From NCBI GenBank assembly GCA_041664365.1, contig JBAYKW010000001.1:71168-135167 (forward strand): a stretch of DNA of 64,000 bases. The letters run 5' to 3'. The number at the start of each line of letters is the position of its first letter. The first letter of the stretch is position 1. The translations under genes were made by a program, and so were the position numbers. This document shows positions 1 through 10,328 of this stretch, piece after piece. Origin of the DNA: Patescibacteria group bacterium (GTDB taxonomy: Bacteria; Patescibacteriota; Patescibacteriia; UM-FILTER-42-10). Under the pieces are notes generated by a model. The model did no database searches, had not been told where the DNA came from, and saw only the letters and a list, made by a program, of their open reading frames with translations.

Positions 1-50
1 ATTTTCCATTCTTATCATACCAAAAATACAATATTATCGGAAGAGTGCCG

Positions 51-3000
51 TTATTCTGACACTTCAACCGCTCCATCGCCTACGATAGCCTCAATTTCTG
101 CCACTATTCTGCCACTTAAACTGATTGCCGTTTTGGTTGAGATAGTTTTCGGACTCCCGCCATTTTTCCATACCAGAAAAACTTTATATTCTCCCTGATT
201 CTTTTCAAAAATTACTTTCAGCTTGTCCAGGGTTTCTTTTTCTAAATTGGCAATTTTGATTGTGATTTTCTTCTCTATAGATTCGGGTTTATTGGAATCA
301 GATTGTCCGGAAAATTCTTTTACTTTTTCACAAATCAATTTCGGGATTCCTTCTTTCGTATTTACTTTCCCGGTAACCAGCAGCATTTTATCTTCTGCCC
401 AGATTTCATGATTGTCCTTCAGTGTGGATGGAAAAACTATTATTTCCACCGCTCCGGTCAGATCTTCCAAAGTGACAAAGAGCATCTGCTCGTTGGTCTT
501 GGTAATTATTTTTTTAATTGAAGTGATAATTCCACCGACAGTTATATTTCTTTTCAGTCCCTTACTAAGTGTGTTGATCGGGCTGGTAATTTTCTCCAGC
601 TGCTCACGATAATCATCGAGCGGGTGTTCGGAGATATACATCCCGAGCAGTTGTTTTTCCCATCCCAGTCTTGTCTTCTTATCAACCGGTTCTGATTCGG
701 TCAGGCGTAACTTTGGGCTGTGCTCGGCGGGAAGCATACCGAAAAGGTTGGTCTGGCCGTTAAGTCTTTCTTTCTGACTGTTTTTCGCGTAAATCAGGAT
801 TGACTCCAGATTATCGAGAAGGGTTTGGCGATTGCCAAAATCATCCATTGCTCCGCATTTGATGAGGCTCTCCAGTGATTTCTTATTCAAATCCCTAGTT
901 TGTACGCGTCTGAGGAAATCCTCCAGGTTTTTATATTTACCGTCTTTCTTTCTTTCATCAATTATGGTACGGACAATATTAGTTCCGATATTTTTGATGG
1001 CCATCAAGCCAAAACGGATGCGTGGCTGCTCGGTACCGAGACTCTCCTTAACCACGGTAAAAGTTGAAAAACTTTCATTAACGTCCGGCGGAACAACCTC
1101 AATGCCGTGCTTTTTTGTTTCCGCAACTTCTACGGCGATCCGGTCAGTATTGCCGTAATCAGCGGTTAGAAGGGCGGCCAGAAACTGCGCCGGCCAATTG
1201 GCTTTCAAATAGGCTGTCTGATAGGCAATCAAAGCGTAACAGGCTGCGTGTGACCGGTTGAAACCGTACTCAGCAAATGGTTCTACGAAATCGAACAGTT
1301 TTTCAGCAATCCTTTTTTGAATGCCGTTTGTTATCGCCCCTTGGACAAATTTCTCTCTTTGCTCCATGAGCAGTTTACGGATTTTTTTACCGATAGCTTT
1401 ACGCAGAATATCAGCCTCGCCAAGGGTGAATCCGCACAAATCACGGGCGATCTGCAGAATCTGTTCCTGATAAACGGCAATCCCGTATGTTTTTTTCAAA
1501 ATGGGTTCCAGTTTCGGGTGGAGATAGGTAATTTTTTTCTTACCGCGCTTGCCCGCGATGTAATCTGGGATCAGCTCCATCGGACCCGGGCGGTACAGGG
1601 AAACCATTGCAATGATATCTTCTAAATCCGTCGGTTTCAGTTCTTTCAGATAACGGGTCATGCCGGAGCTTTCTAATTGGAACACCCCGATCGTATCGCC
1701 CTTTTGAAACAGTTTGAAAGCATTTTTATCATCCAGCGGAATTTTATCTATATCAACTTCTTCGCCGGTTGTCTTAAAGATTATATCTAAAGCGTTTTCC
1801 AAAATTGTTAGATTCTTGAGTCCGAGAAAATCCATTTTCAAAAGTCCCAGATCTTCAATCGGATTCAGCGAATACTGAGTGATGATTGTTTTATCATCTT
1901 GACTGGCATATTGCGTCGGCACGTGCTGTTCTAGCGGATCCGGAGCGATGACTATTCCACAGGCATGGGTAGAAGTATGACGTGCTACACCTTCCAGTTT
2001 TTTTGCAGTATCAACCAGTTTTTTCGCTTCAGAATCTGTATTGTATAGATCTTTCAGTTCGGGGACGGATTTTAGCGCTTCATCCAACGTCATAAACATC
2101 GGGATCATCTTTGCCACCTGGTCGCAGAAATTATACGGCAGTCCCTGCACCCGGCCGACATCCCGGATAGCGGCTCTTGCTGCCATCGTACCAAATGTGA
2201 TTATTTGGGCGACATGGTCTTTGCCATATTTTTCTTCAACATATGTTATGACTTCATTCCGGCGGGAGTCAGCGAAATCGATATCAATATCCGGCATCGA
2301 AATTCTCTCGGGATTCAAAAATCTTTCAAACATTAGTTCATAGTGCAGGGGATCCAGGTTGGTAATATTTAAAACAAAGGAAACAAGACTGCCGGCGGCA
2401 GAACCTCTACCCGGGCCGACCACAATTTTATTATTTTTTGCCCAGTTAACAAAATCCTGGACGATTAAAAAGTAGGAGGAAAATCCGGTTTTATGAATTA
2501 CACTCAATTCATATTCCAGCCGGTCAATGATTGTTTTTGTTTTTTCATCCGTAATATTTTGTTTTTCCGGGTCAGACGGAATGTCGATTCCAAATCTTTT
2601 TTTAATTCCCTGAAAGCACAACTCCCGCAGATATTCATCGGTTGTTTTTTTCTCCGGTGTTTCGTAATGGGGGAGCATGATTTTACCGAATTCTATTTCA
2701 ACATTGCATTTTTCGGCAATTTTTACGGTGTTTTCGAGCGCTTCCGGGACATGACTGAAATCTCTGGCCATTTGTTCCGGAGTTTTCAGGGAAAAATCCT
2801 CCCCGACATAGGAAATACGGTCCGTTTCTTCCTGCTTTCTTTTCATCTGGATGCATAAAAGCACGTCCTGCGGATACGCGTCCGCCGGTTCCAAGTAATG
2901 AACATCATTGGTCGCAACCAGCGGGATACTCAATTTTTTACCCAGCTCGATTAAACTTTCGTTGACTTTATGCTGTTGTTCGATACTCGGGTGATTCTGG

Positions 3001-3521
3001 AGTTCCAAATAAAAATTACCCTCGCCAAAAAGGTTGGCATAGTTTTTAATCAGTTCTTCCGCATGACCAAGGTCATTATTTCTGATCGCTGATGGGATTT
3101 CTCCCTGCAGGCAGGCGGTCATGGCAATCAATCCCTTGGAATGTTTTTGCAATAATTCCCAGTCAATACGCGGTTTATAATAGAAACCTTCCAGGTGCGC
3201 TTTTGTAATCAGTGTAAGCAGATTCTGGTATCCGGTCTGATTCTTTGCCAGCAGAATTAAATGATACGGTCGGTCATCAACCCTGGATCTTTTATTATGC
3301 ATTCCGTTTTTTGCGACATATGTTTCCACGCCGATAATCGGTTTGATTCCCGCTTCCGTTGCTTTTTGAAAAAATTCAATCGCACCATATAAAACACCAT
3401 GGTCAGTTAAGGCCAGGGCATCCATATTCAGTTTTTTTGCTTTGCTGACTAAATCACCAATTTTGGGCAGGCCGTCGAGCAGGCTATAGTGGCTGTGAGT
3501 GTGGAGGTGAACAAAACTCAT
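51..3521 (-). CDS. dnaE: DNA polymerase III subunit alpha
   Basis: N-terminal PHP motif HLHTHSHYSLLDG, GPGRGSAAGS, catalytic PDIDIDF, C-terminal OB fold; 1156 aa, no intein visible. Confidence 0.98.
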   Translation of the reverse strand: MSFVHLHTHSHYSLLDGLPKIGDLVSKAKKLNMDALALTDHGVLYGAIEFFQKATEAGIKPIIGVETYVAKNGMHNKRSRVDDRPYHLILLAKNQTGYQNLLTLITKAHLEGFYYKPRIDWELLQKHSKGLIAMTACLQGEIPSAIRNNDLGHAEELIKNYANLFGEGNFYLELQNHPSIEQQHKVNESLIELGKKLSIPLVATNDVHYLEPADAYPQDVLLCIQMKRKQEETDRISYVGEDFSLKTPEQMARDFSHVPEALENTVKIAEKCNVEIEFGKIMLPHYETPEKKTTDEYLRELCFQGIKKRFGIDIPSDPEKQNITDEKTKTIIDRLEYELSVIHKTGFSSYFLIVQDFVNWAKNNKIVVGPGRGSAAGSLVSFVLNITNLDPLHYELMFERFLNPERISMPDIDIDFADSRRNEVITYVEEKYGKDHVAQIITFGTMAARAAIRDVGRVQGLPYNFCDQVAKMIPMFMTLDEALKSVPELKDLYNTDSEAKKLVDTAKKLEGVARHTSTHACGIVIAPDPLEQHVPTQYASQDDKTIITQYSLNPIEDLGLLKMDFLGLKNLTILENALDIIFKTTGEEVDIDKIPLDDKNAFKLFQKGDTIGVFQLESSGMTRYLKELKPTDLEDIIAMVSLYRPGPMELIPDYIAGKRGKKKITYLHPKLEPILKKTYGIAVYQEQILQIARDLCGFTLGEADILRKAIGKKIRKLLMEQREKFVQGAITNGIQKRIAEKLFDFVEPFAEYGFNRSHAACYALIAYQTAYLKANWPAQFLAALLTADYGNTDRIAVEVAETKKHGIEVVPPDVNESFSTFTVVKESLGTEQPRIRFGLMAIKNIGTNIVRTIIDERKKDGKYKNLEDFLRRVQTRDLNKKSLESLIKCGAMDDFGNRQTLLDNLESILIYAKNSQKERLNGQTNLFGMLPAEHSPKLRLTESEPVDKKTRLGWEKQLLGMYISEHPLDDYREQLEKITSPINTLSKGLKRNITVGGIITSIKKIITKTNEQMLFVTLEDLTGAVEIIVFPSTLKDNHEIWAEDKMLLVTGKVNTKEGIPKLICEKVKEFSGQSDSNKPESIEKKITIKIANLEKETLDKLKVIFEKNQGEYKVFLVWKNGGSPKTISTKTAISLSGRIVAEIEAIVGDGAVEVSE

Positions 3522-3633
3522 GCTTGTTTTGGGTTGTTAATTCAGTTGTCAATTATAACACTTTTTCACTCACCCGATCAATGCGATCAAAAAGCCCCCA
3601 AGATCGAGGGGGCTCGAAACAAAGAGGTCTGAA

Positions 3634-3972
3634 TTATTTTTTTCTACGTCTTGCTTTATTGTTTACTTCTTCTTCAAATTCATCTTCATATTCATCATCC
3701 TTTCTGGACTTTCTGCCTTTAAACATATTCAATAAATCAGTTACGCCTTTTACCACTGTGGTAAGCATTGTTGTAGAATGTGTAATTTTTTCCCTAATCA
3801 AATTCAATACATTACCGAACTCCTCTACCTTACTCTTCACCTCTTCAACCATTTCTTTTGAAGATTTCAAAATCTGGGCGATGTAGTAAAGAATCCAAAC
3901 TGAAAATATTGTAACAATAAAAACACAAAGGGCGATCACAAGGAATAGAACGTCTTTGCTAGTTTCAAACAT
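3634..3972 (-). CDS. Small membrane protein (one TM helix plus coiled coil, DUF948-like)
   Basis: Likely start MFETSKD at 3972; hydrophobic helix then amphipathic coil and charged tail; terminator-like hairpin at ~3590-3614. Confidence 0.65.
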   Translation of the reverse strand: MFETSKDVLFLVIALCVFIVTIFSVWILYYIAQILKSSKEMVEEVKSKVEEFGNVLNLIREKITHSTTMLTTVVKGVTDLLNMFKGRKSRKDDEYEDEFEEEVNNKARRRKK

Positions 3973-4061
3973 ATGTTTATTTAATAAGAATAAATTTAAC
4001 AAGATTAAGTATATCATATATTTCAAATTTCAAGTATTATACTTCATTTTTTTGCCTATTT

Positions 4062-4946
4062 GTGGTATTTTATATGCAGGAACAAACCATGGCAGAATAC
4101 AGCGATAAACAACTTAAGATAAGTATTTGGTGGGTAACGCACCGATATCAGCTTAAAAAATGGTGGGTCATTTTGATTGCCGTGGCTGATTTGATGGTTT
4201 TTTTGTATATTCTGTTCAATGTCATTATTTTGCTTGTCACATGGACCAAGTTCACTACTATACCTAGTCAGATCGGTGTATCATACATCGACTTTGGGGC
4301 GTATCAACAGACGAATTCCCCGCAAGCTATCCAGGTGATAAACACCAGTCTGATACCAATTCCTGGACAGGTTCAAAAATATAATTTAATTGCAGAAATA
4401 AAAAATCCGAACGCAAAATGGGTTGCTAATTCCTTAGTTTTTCATTTTGTTTTAGACGGGGTTGACTTAGATCAGGAAACTACATTTCTTCTGCCTCAGG
4501 AACAGCGCTATGTTTTTAAATATGCCGTAAAAAGTACAGCGGAAAAGCCAATTGCCAAATTAGTGGTTGACGCTCCGGGATGGGTGAGGGTAGATTTTCC
4601 TGAAAAAAAACCCGCTATCAATTTTGAAGTTACGGACATAAAAACTGATCTGATTCCTATCCTAGGTGAAAGAGGAACGCAATCTTCATATTCGACTAGG
4701 GTTACAGCAATGATAAAGAACAATACTGTTTACAATTTCTGGAATGTTAAATTTCTGGTTGTTTTGTATAGCGGTAATTTGCCGGTTGCTGTCAACGAAG
4801 CAAAATTTGATCGATTTGCTGCATTGGAATCAAGGGAGTTGGGACTTTCCTGGGGTGAAGAATACGGATCTGTTACAAGTGTGAAAGTTGTCCCGGAAGT
4901 GAATGCATATGATCCCACTATGCTGTATTCACCGGATGAATTCTAG
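4062..4946 (+). CDS. Membrane-anchored hypothetical protein with beta-rich extracellular domains
   Basis: 294-aa ORF, N-terminal TM segment, two Ig-like-looking repeats (IKNPN..., IKNNT...); directly upstream of rodA. Confidence 0.7.
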   Translation: MVFYMQEQTMAEYSDKQLKISIWWVTHRYQLKKWWVILIAVADLMVFLYILFNVIILLVTWTKFTTIPSQIGVSYIDFGAYQQTNSPQAIQVINTSLIPIPGQVQKYNLIAEIKNPNAKWVANSLVFHFVLDGVDLDQETTFLLPQEQRYVFKYAVKSTAEKPIAKLVVDAPGWVRVDFPEKKPAINFEVTDIKTDLIPILGERGTQSSYSTRVTAMIKNNTVYNFWNVKFLVVLYSGNLPVAVNEAKFDRFAALESRELGLSWGEEYGSVTSVKVVPEVNAYDPTMLYSPDEF

Positions 4947-4962
4947 AATTTGATTTTTTCCT

Positions 4963-6081
4963 TTGATCGGTATGATATTTGATAAATATTTCTCACAATT
5001 TAAAAGGTTTGACTGGATACTTTTCACGATCGCCGTTATTCTGGTGATATTCGGGTTATTGGCGATTTATAGTATTTCGGTCAATCAGGAAAATGGATCA
5101 TTCAGCCTGCTGGTTACTCAGCTGGTTGCTTTTGGTTTGGGAACAATTTTTCTGTTAACGCTGGCATTCTTTGACTATCGGATATTGCGGGGGTATGCCA
5201 ATATAATATATTGGATAGGAGTTTCATTGTTATTAGGTGTTTTAATTTTTGGTATCACGGTGAGAGGAACAAAAGGATGGTATTCTTTCTTCGGCCAGGT
5301 ATTCCAGCCGGTAGAGGTTGTTAAAGTATTAATGATTATTTTCCTGGCCCGCTATTTGGCGCACAAAGCATCGGAACCTTTTACATTTAAAAATGTATTG
5401 ATCAGCGCCCTCTTTATCGGTCTGCCGGTTGTACTGGTGTTAATGCAGCCGGATTTAGGGTCGGCAATAATATTTATTTCCATCTGGGCGGGGATGACCT
5501 GGTTAACCAGAATTAAAAAGTCACATATCCTGATAATCATAGGCACTATGTTTTTTGTTATGTTCATCAGCTGGTTTTTTCTGGCGGATTACCAAAAAGA
5601 GCGGGTTTTAAATTTTGCCCAACCGACCCGCGATCCATTAAAACAGGGATATAATGTCACACAGTCGATAATATCTATCGGATCAGGGCAATTTTGGGGC
5701 AGAGGTCTTTCGCTCGGTCCGCAAAGCCGTTTAAACTTCCTGCCGGCAAAAGAAACAGATTTTGTTTTTGCTGTGATTGCGGAGGAGCTTGGTTTTATCG
5801 GCGCGTTTTTTGTAATTTCCATATTTGGTTTATTGTTTTGGCGGATTATTAAAATAATCCGCTCGGCTCAAGATGACTTCGGAATATACGTTGCCTGGGG
5901 AATTTTGGTCATGATTGTTGTTCAAATGTTTATTAATATCGGTATGAATTTAGGACTAGCCCCGGTCGCGGGATTGCCGTTGCCATTCATCAGCGCGGGA
6001 GGCAGTTCACTGATGATGAGCTTGCTTTCCATTGGTATCGTTGAAAGTATATATATCCGCAGAAAATCCTTAAAACTGTAA
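4963..6081 (+). CDS. rodA: Rod shape-determining protein RodA (SEDS family)
   Basis: FQPVEVVK, QPDLGSA, GYNVTQS..IGSG, LP..ETDFVF..IAEELG, GLPLPFISAGGSS motifs. Confidence 0.93.
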   Translation: MIGMIFDKYFSQFKRFDWILFTIAVILVIFGLLAIYSISVNQENGSFSLLVTQLVAFGLGTIFLLTLAFFDYRILRGYANIIYWIGVSLLLGVLIFGITVRGTKGWYSFFGQVFQPVEVVKVLMIIFLARYLAHKASEPFTFKNVLISALFIGLPVVLVLMQPDLGSAIIFISIWAGMTWLTRIKKSHILIIIGTMFFVMFISWFFLADYQKERVLNFAQPTRDPLKQGYNVTQSIISIGSGQFWGRGLSLGPQSRLNFLPAKETDFVFAVIAEELGFIGAFFVISIFGLLFWRIIKIIRSAQDDFGIYVAWGILVMIVVQMFINIGMNLGLAPVAGLPLPFISAGGSSLMMSLLSIGIVESIYIRRKSLKL

Positions 6082-6083
6082 AT

Positions 6084-6701
6084 ATGAAAATCCGACTGAA
6101 TTCATGGATTATGCAGCCATTATATTTATTTGTTACCCTACTTACAAAAAAGCCAGAGGGTTGTGAAAATATTCCAAAAAAAGGGCCGTTAATAATTGCC
6201 GCAAATCACATCAGTTATTTTGATATGTATATATTAATCGCACCGATAGTACGTGCAACTTCACGGCATATGAATTTTATCGCAAAAACAGGTAACTATC
6301 GCATATTTGATGCTGTCGCGATTGATCCGGCTGATCCTGCGCGCAGTTTGGAAAAAATGAGTGAGGTATTGAAAAATGGAGAACTTGTTGCTATATTTCC
6401 TGAAGGCAAAGCTAATCCGAACAAAGAATTGGCAAAAGGTAAAACGGGTGTAGCAAGACTCGCCCTGTATAACAGGGTTCCTGTTTTACCGGTTGGAATT
6501 GACGGCCCTCACGGTTCAACAGTCAAAGAATCCTTCAGAAATTTTTTTAAAGGGATTGGCAGAGCAAAGATCAAGATCGGCAAGCCGATTTACTTTGACC
6601 GATATTACGAAAAGGAAATAACTAAAGATTTGCTGGTAGAAGTGACGGGAGAAATAATGAAGGAAATTTCAAATTTGTCCGGTAAACCATATCCATTTTA
6701 A
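6084..6701 (+). CDS. plsC: 1-acyl-sn-glycerol-3-phosphate acyltransferase (PlsC family)
   Basis: NHISYFD (NHxSxxD) and IFPEG motifs. Confidence 0.85.
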   Translation: MKIRLNSWIMQPLYLFVTLLTKKPEGCENIPKKGPLIIAANHISYFDMYILIAPIVRATSRHMNFIAKTGNYRIFDAVAIDPADPARSLEKMSEVLKNGELVAIFPEGKANPNKELAKGKTGVARLALYNRVPVLPVGIDGPHGSTVKESFRNFFKGIGRAKIKIGKPIYFDRYYEKEITKDLLVEVTGEIMKEISNLSGKPYPF

Positions 6702-6704
6702 TTT

Positions 6705-7970
6705 ATGACCAGAAGAAAAAAAATATTATTTTTACCGCACTCCGACGGGTTAGCGCACATAACCCGGTGTTTGACGATTGCTGATTTGTTGCCGAAATCA
6801 AAATATCACATAAGATTTGCGGTGAGTCGTGATAAACGTGACTTTGTCCGAAAAGCGGGGTATGGAACGTATACATTATCACCGTCAACCAGTTTTGATG
6901 TGGCGGAGGAGTATAAATTCGCGCAGAAAAATGAATATCTGGATTTGCTTTCCAATAACGTAGAAGAGGACTTGGATATTTTAAATAAATATAAACCGGA
7001 TGTGGTTATTTCTGATAAACGGACAACCGCCTGTATCTCAACCAGAATCAAAAAAATTCCGTGGATTACAATCGCGAATTCTATTTACCTGAAAGAGTTC
7101 TGGAAGGGGAACGGTTTGGATCTTTCAGAAAAAAAGCTTTTGAACCAATTTTACTATTTTGTCGGGTGGTTTTTTGTAAATTTTATTTCCAGGCAGGCAA
7201 TGAAAGTGCCTTTTCATAAAGTATCAAATCAATTCGCCAAGGCCTCGGTTTATGCCCAGTATGATGCGGATTTGAAACTGGTTGCGGACGTGCCGGAATA
7301 CGCCTCTCTCTCACCGCTACCCAGCGATGCATATTTTGTTGGTCCGTTATTGTGGCGTGGATTTGAAAAAAAAGAGCCGTCCTGGTTTAAAGATTTGGAT
7401 AAAACAAAGCCGATTATCTACTTATCACTCGGCGGAACTATTTATAACCAGGAAATGCTGAACAGTACTGTTGAAGCAGTTACTAATTCTGATTATCAGT
7501 TAATTGTAAGTCTAGGGCCGAATTTTAAACGAAATAAAATCGGTAAACTGCCGGATAACGTTTGGCTGGAAACTTATCTGCCCGGGCAAAGAGCCTGTGA
7601 GATCAGCGATATTGTAATTCATCATGGCGGTCATGGTACGGTTATGCAGGCATTGAAATACGGCAAGCCATGCATTGTAATTCCGCATAATTACGGTCAA
7701 TGGTACAATGCAAAAAGAATTGAACGGTTAAAGTGCGGGATAAACTTGAATCCGATTAAGGCATCATGGGTCAATCCAAATTCGTTATTAAAGGACGCAT
7801 TGGATGTTAAACCCTCTGAAATCAGATTTGCGATTGAAAAAATATTAAAACACGATAAGTACAGAAGAAATTCCGAAAAATTCAGAAAAACAATCCGTTC
7901 TTACCGTGAAGGTCATCGCGCGATAGACATTATTGAGCGTTTTATTAATACCCACCAAAAGCGGAAATAA
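6705..7970 (+). CDS. GT-B glycosyltransferase (GT1/MGT-like)
   Basis: GLAHITR N-terminal His motif, YLSLGGT, IHHGGHGT nucleotide-sugar binding motif. Confidence 0.85.
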   Translation: MTRRKKILFLPHSDGLAHITRCLTIADLLPKSKYHIRFAVSRDKRDFVRKAGYGTYTLSPSTSFDVAEEYKFAQKNEYLDLLSNNVEEDLDILNKYKPDVVISDKRTTACISTRIKKIPWITIANSIYLKEFWKGNGLDLSEKKLLNQFYYFVGWFFVNFISRQAMKVPFHKVSNQFAKASVYAQYDADLKLVADVPEYASLSPLPSDAYFVGPLLWRGFEKKEPSWFKDLDKTKPIIYLSLGGTIYNQEMLNSTVEAVTNSDYQLIVSLGPNFKRNKIGKLPDNVWLETYLPGQRACEISDIVIHHGGHGTVMQALKYGKPCIVIPHNYGQWYNAKRIERLKCGINLNPIKASWVNPNSLLKDALDVKPSEIRFAIEKILKHDKYRRNSEKFRKTIRSYREGHRAIDIIERFINTHQKRK

Positions 7971-8021
7971 TAGGAATATTTAAAACAGCTTATGTCGATA
8001 TTTTAGCTGTTTTTTGTTCCC

Positions 8022-8082
8022 TTGACGGATATTATAGGGGATATATAATTAAGTACGATTAATCATACATTTCATACATTAC
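8022..8082 (+). promoter_or_regulatory. sigma70-like promoter with candidate AbrB-family operator
   Basis: TTGACG(8022)-16 nt-TATAAT(8044), followed by near-palindrome GTACGATTAATCATAC and direct repeat CATACATT x2. Confidence 0.55.
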
Positions 8083-8094
8083 AAAAAATACATT

Positions 8095-8355
8095 ATGCAT
8101 AAAGAACATTGCGAAAAAGATCATAAGGTATGCGGTACAACAACAATCGGTGAGCGAGGGCAGGTAGTCATCCCGGCAGAAGTTAGAAAGCGCATGAATC
8201 TGAAAACCGGTGACCGGCTTTTAGTATTCTGCAAATTTGATAAATTTGTCGGATTAGTAAAATCGGACGATATTGATACATTTTTGGATAAAATGACCGA
8301 AAAAATGGTAAGTAGGGTGGAAAAAATTAGAAAAGAAATAAAAGGAGTAAAATAA
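8095..8355 (+). CDS. AbrB/MazE/SpoVT-family DNA-binding regulator
   Basis: TIGERGQVVIPAEVRKRMNLKTGD swapped-hairpin motif. Confidence 0.9.
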   Translation: MHKEHCEKDHKVCGTTTIGERGQVVIPAEVRKRMNLKTGDRLLVFCKFDKFVGLVKSDDIDTFLDKMTEKMVSRVEKIRKEIKGVK

Positions 8356-8358
8356 ATT

Positions 8359-9333
8359 ATGAATATAATTGAAGTAAAAAACTTAACCAGGAAATTTAAA
8401 GACTTTACAGCAGTTAAAGATGTCAGCTTTAACGTGGAAGAAGGGGAAGTCTTCGGTTTTCTCGGACCCAATGGCGCCGGTAAAACTACCACGATTAATA
8501 TGCTTTCAACATTGTTAAAACCGACATCCGGTGAAGCGATAATCAACGGGCATTCCGTAACGACAGACCGGGTGGCGGTCAGAAAATCAATCGGTTTGGT
8601 TTTTCAAGAATCAACTCTGGATGAGGAACTGACTGCACTGGAAAATCTGCGGTTTCACGCGGAGTTTTACGGCGTTCCCAAAGAAATATACCGAAAAAGG
8701 TCCGAAGAACTGCTTAAGATTGTTGATTTGTCGGACCGTGCCAAAACAGCCGTCAGGAATTTTTCCGGCGGCATGAAAAGGCGTCTGGAAATTGTCCGCG
8801 GAATGCTGCACTACCCGAAAGTTCTTTTTCTGGATGAGCCGACGATCGGTCTGGATCCGCAAACCCGCGCAACTATGTGGCAATATATTTTAAAAGTGGC
8901 AAAGCAGGAAAAAATTACGATCTTCCTGACTACGCACTATTTGAATGAGGCGGAAAACTGTAATCGTATTGCGATTATCGACCACGGCACGATTGTTGCG
9001 CTTGATACACCTGATAAGCTGAAGGAAAAGGTGGGCGGAGACATAATTACACTTGAAACGGATAATAATTCGGCAGCAATAGAATCCATCAAGAAATCAT
9101 TTTCGGAAAATGTGCGCGAAGAAGATGGCAAGATTGTTGTGATTGTTAAAGACGGAGATCAGGTATTGCCGAAAATGGTTCGTGAATTGCCGCAGATGGT
9201 TAAAAGTATTGAACTCAAAAGACCTTCGCTGGATGATGTATTCCTGAAACTGACCGGATCAAAAATCCGTGAAGAAGAACCGAATAACGCTGAGAAAACT
9301 AAAAGATTCTTAAGATCTAGGGGGAGAAGATAA
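8359..9333 (+). CDS. ABC-2 exporter ATP-binding protein (DrrA-like)
   Basis: GPNGAGKTT, FSGGMKRR, LFLDEPT motifs. Confidence 0.95.
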   Translation: MNIIEVKNLTRKFKDFTAVKDVSFNVEEGEVFGFLGPNGAGKTTTINMLSTLLKPTSGEAIINGHSVTTDRVAVRKSIGLVFQESTLDEELTALENLRFHAEFYGVPKEIYRKRSEELLKIVDLSDRAKTAVRNFSGGMKRRLEIVRGMLHYPKVLFLDEPTIGLDPQTRATMWQYILKVAKQEKITIFLTTHYLNEAENCNRIAIIDHGTIVALDTPDKLKEKVGGDIITLETDNNSAAIESIKKSFSENVREEDGKIVVIVKDGDQVLPKMVRELPQMVKSIELKRPSLDDVFLKLTGSKIREEEPNNAEKTKRFLRSRGRR

Positions 9334-9337
9334 TGAA

Positions 9338-9415
9338 TCCCGTTAGAAATTAACGAAAATAACGGGATACAATTATCAAATTTTATAAACATTAATCACA
9401 GGATTTCTAACGGGA
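9338..9415. mobile_element. MITE-like element with 13-bp terminal inverted repeats and TGAA target duplication
   Basis: TCCCGTTAGAAAT...ATTTCTAACGGGA flanked by TGAA at 9334-9337 and 9416-9419. Confidence 0.7.
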
Positions 9416-10215
9416 TGAAAAATGACATCAAACTGGAATTTAGATCAATGCGAAATATCTTTATGCGGGATATTTTGAGATTCTTCCGCGACAAGGCCAG
9501 AATTATCGGTTCAATTATGCAGCCTCTGATTTTTTTGGGCATCTTCGGGGTCGGATTGGAATCAACAATGAACATGGGTGGAGAGGGTTTAGGATTTAAT
9601 TTTGTACAATTCATGTTTCCTGGAATTATTGCCACGACTACGCTCGGGGTTGCGCTGAACACTTCCATCTCAATTGTGACTGATCGGGAATTCGGATTTC
9701 TGAAGGAAATCCTTGTCGCACCGGTTTCCCGGGCATCGATCATACTGGGGAAAATATTGTCCGGAGTTGTGATCGGATTATTTCAGGCAGTTTTATTGAT
9801 TGCTATATCACCGGTTTTCGGACTTTCGATTGACTGGGGCACGGTACCAGGGTTGCTGTTTGTTTCTCTTTTACTGTCTTTTGCTGTTACTTCGCTGGGT
9901 CTCTTTATCGCTACCAGGATGCGTAATGCCGAGGGGTTCCAGTTTGTGTTTCAGTTCTTATTCTTTCCGATGATGTTTCTTTCCGGCGCCTTCTTTTCAC
10001 TGACGAATGTTCCAAAATGGATGGAGATTGTCTCATCTATTAATCCGTTGACATATGCCGTAGATGGTCTGCGGAATATCGTATTCAGTAATGCGCCACA
10101 GCAGGTGATCGATTCCATTGTCATCCATTCATTATCTTTTGACGCACTAGTTATTGTTGCATTCGGGTTGGTAATGTTCGGATTGTCTTTCTGGAGCTTT
10201 AATCGCGCGGAATAG
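9415..10215 (+). CDS. ABC-2 exporter permease
   Basis: Six TM helices, DREFGFLKEILVAPVSR, NPLTYAVDGLR. Confidence 0.93.
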   Translation: MKNDIKLEFRSMRNIFMRDILRFFRDKARIIGSIMQPLIFLGIFGVGLESTMNMGGEGLGFNFVQFMFPGIIATTTLGVALNTSISIVTDREFGFLKEILVAPVSRASIILGKILSGVVIGLFQAVLLIAISPVFGLSIDWGTVPGLLFVSLLLSFAVTSLGLFIATRMRNAEGFQFVFQFLFFPMMFLSGAFFSLTNVPKWMEIVSSINPLTYAVDGLRNIVFSNAPQQVIDSIVIHSLSFDALVIVAFGLVMFGLSFWSFNRAE

Positions 10216-10258
10216 CTTATATTAATAAAAGGGGCGGATCTCCTGTTTGTCAGGGGAC

Positions 10259-10316
10259 TTGACCCCTTTTTTTGATATGTTATACTAAATTAGCACTCTA
10301 CCATTAGGAGTGCTAA
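10259..10316 (+). promoter_or_regulatory. Heat-shock promoter with CIRCE operator
   Basis: TTGACC(10259)...TG-T-TATACT(10281), then perfect CIRCE TTAGCACTC-N9-GAGTGCTAA at 10290-10316, upstream of hrcA. Confidence 0.95.
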
Positions 10317-10328
10317 CAGGTACCAAAT

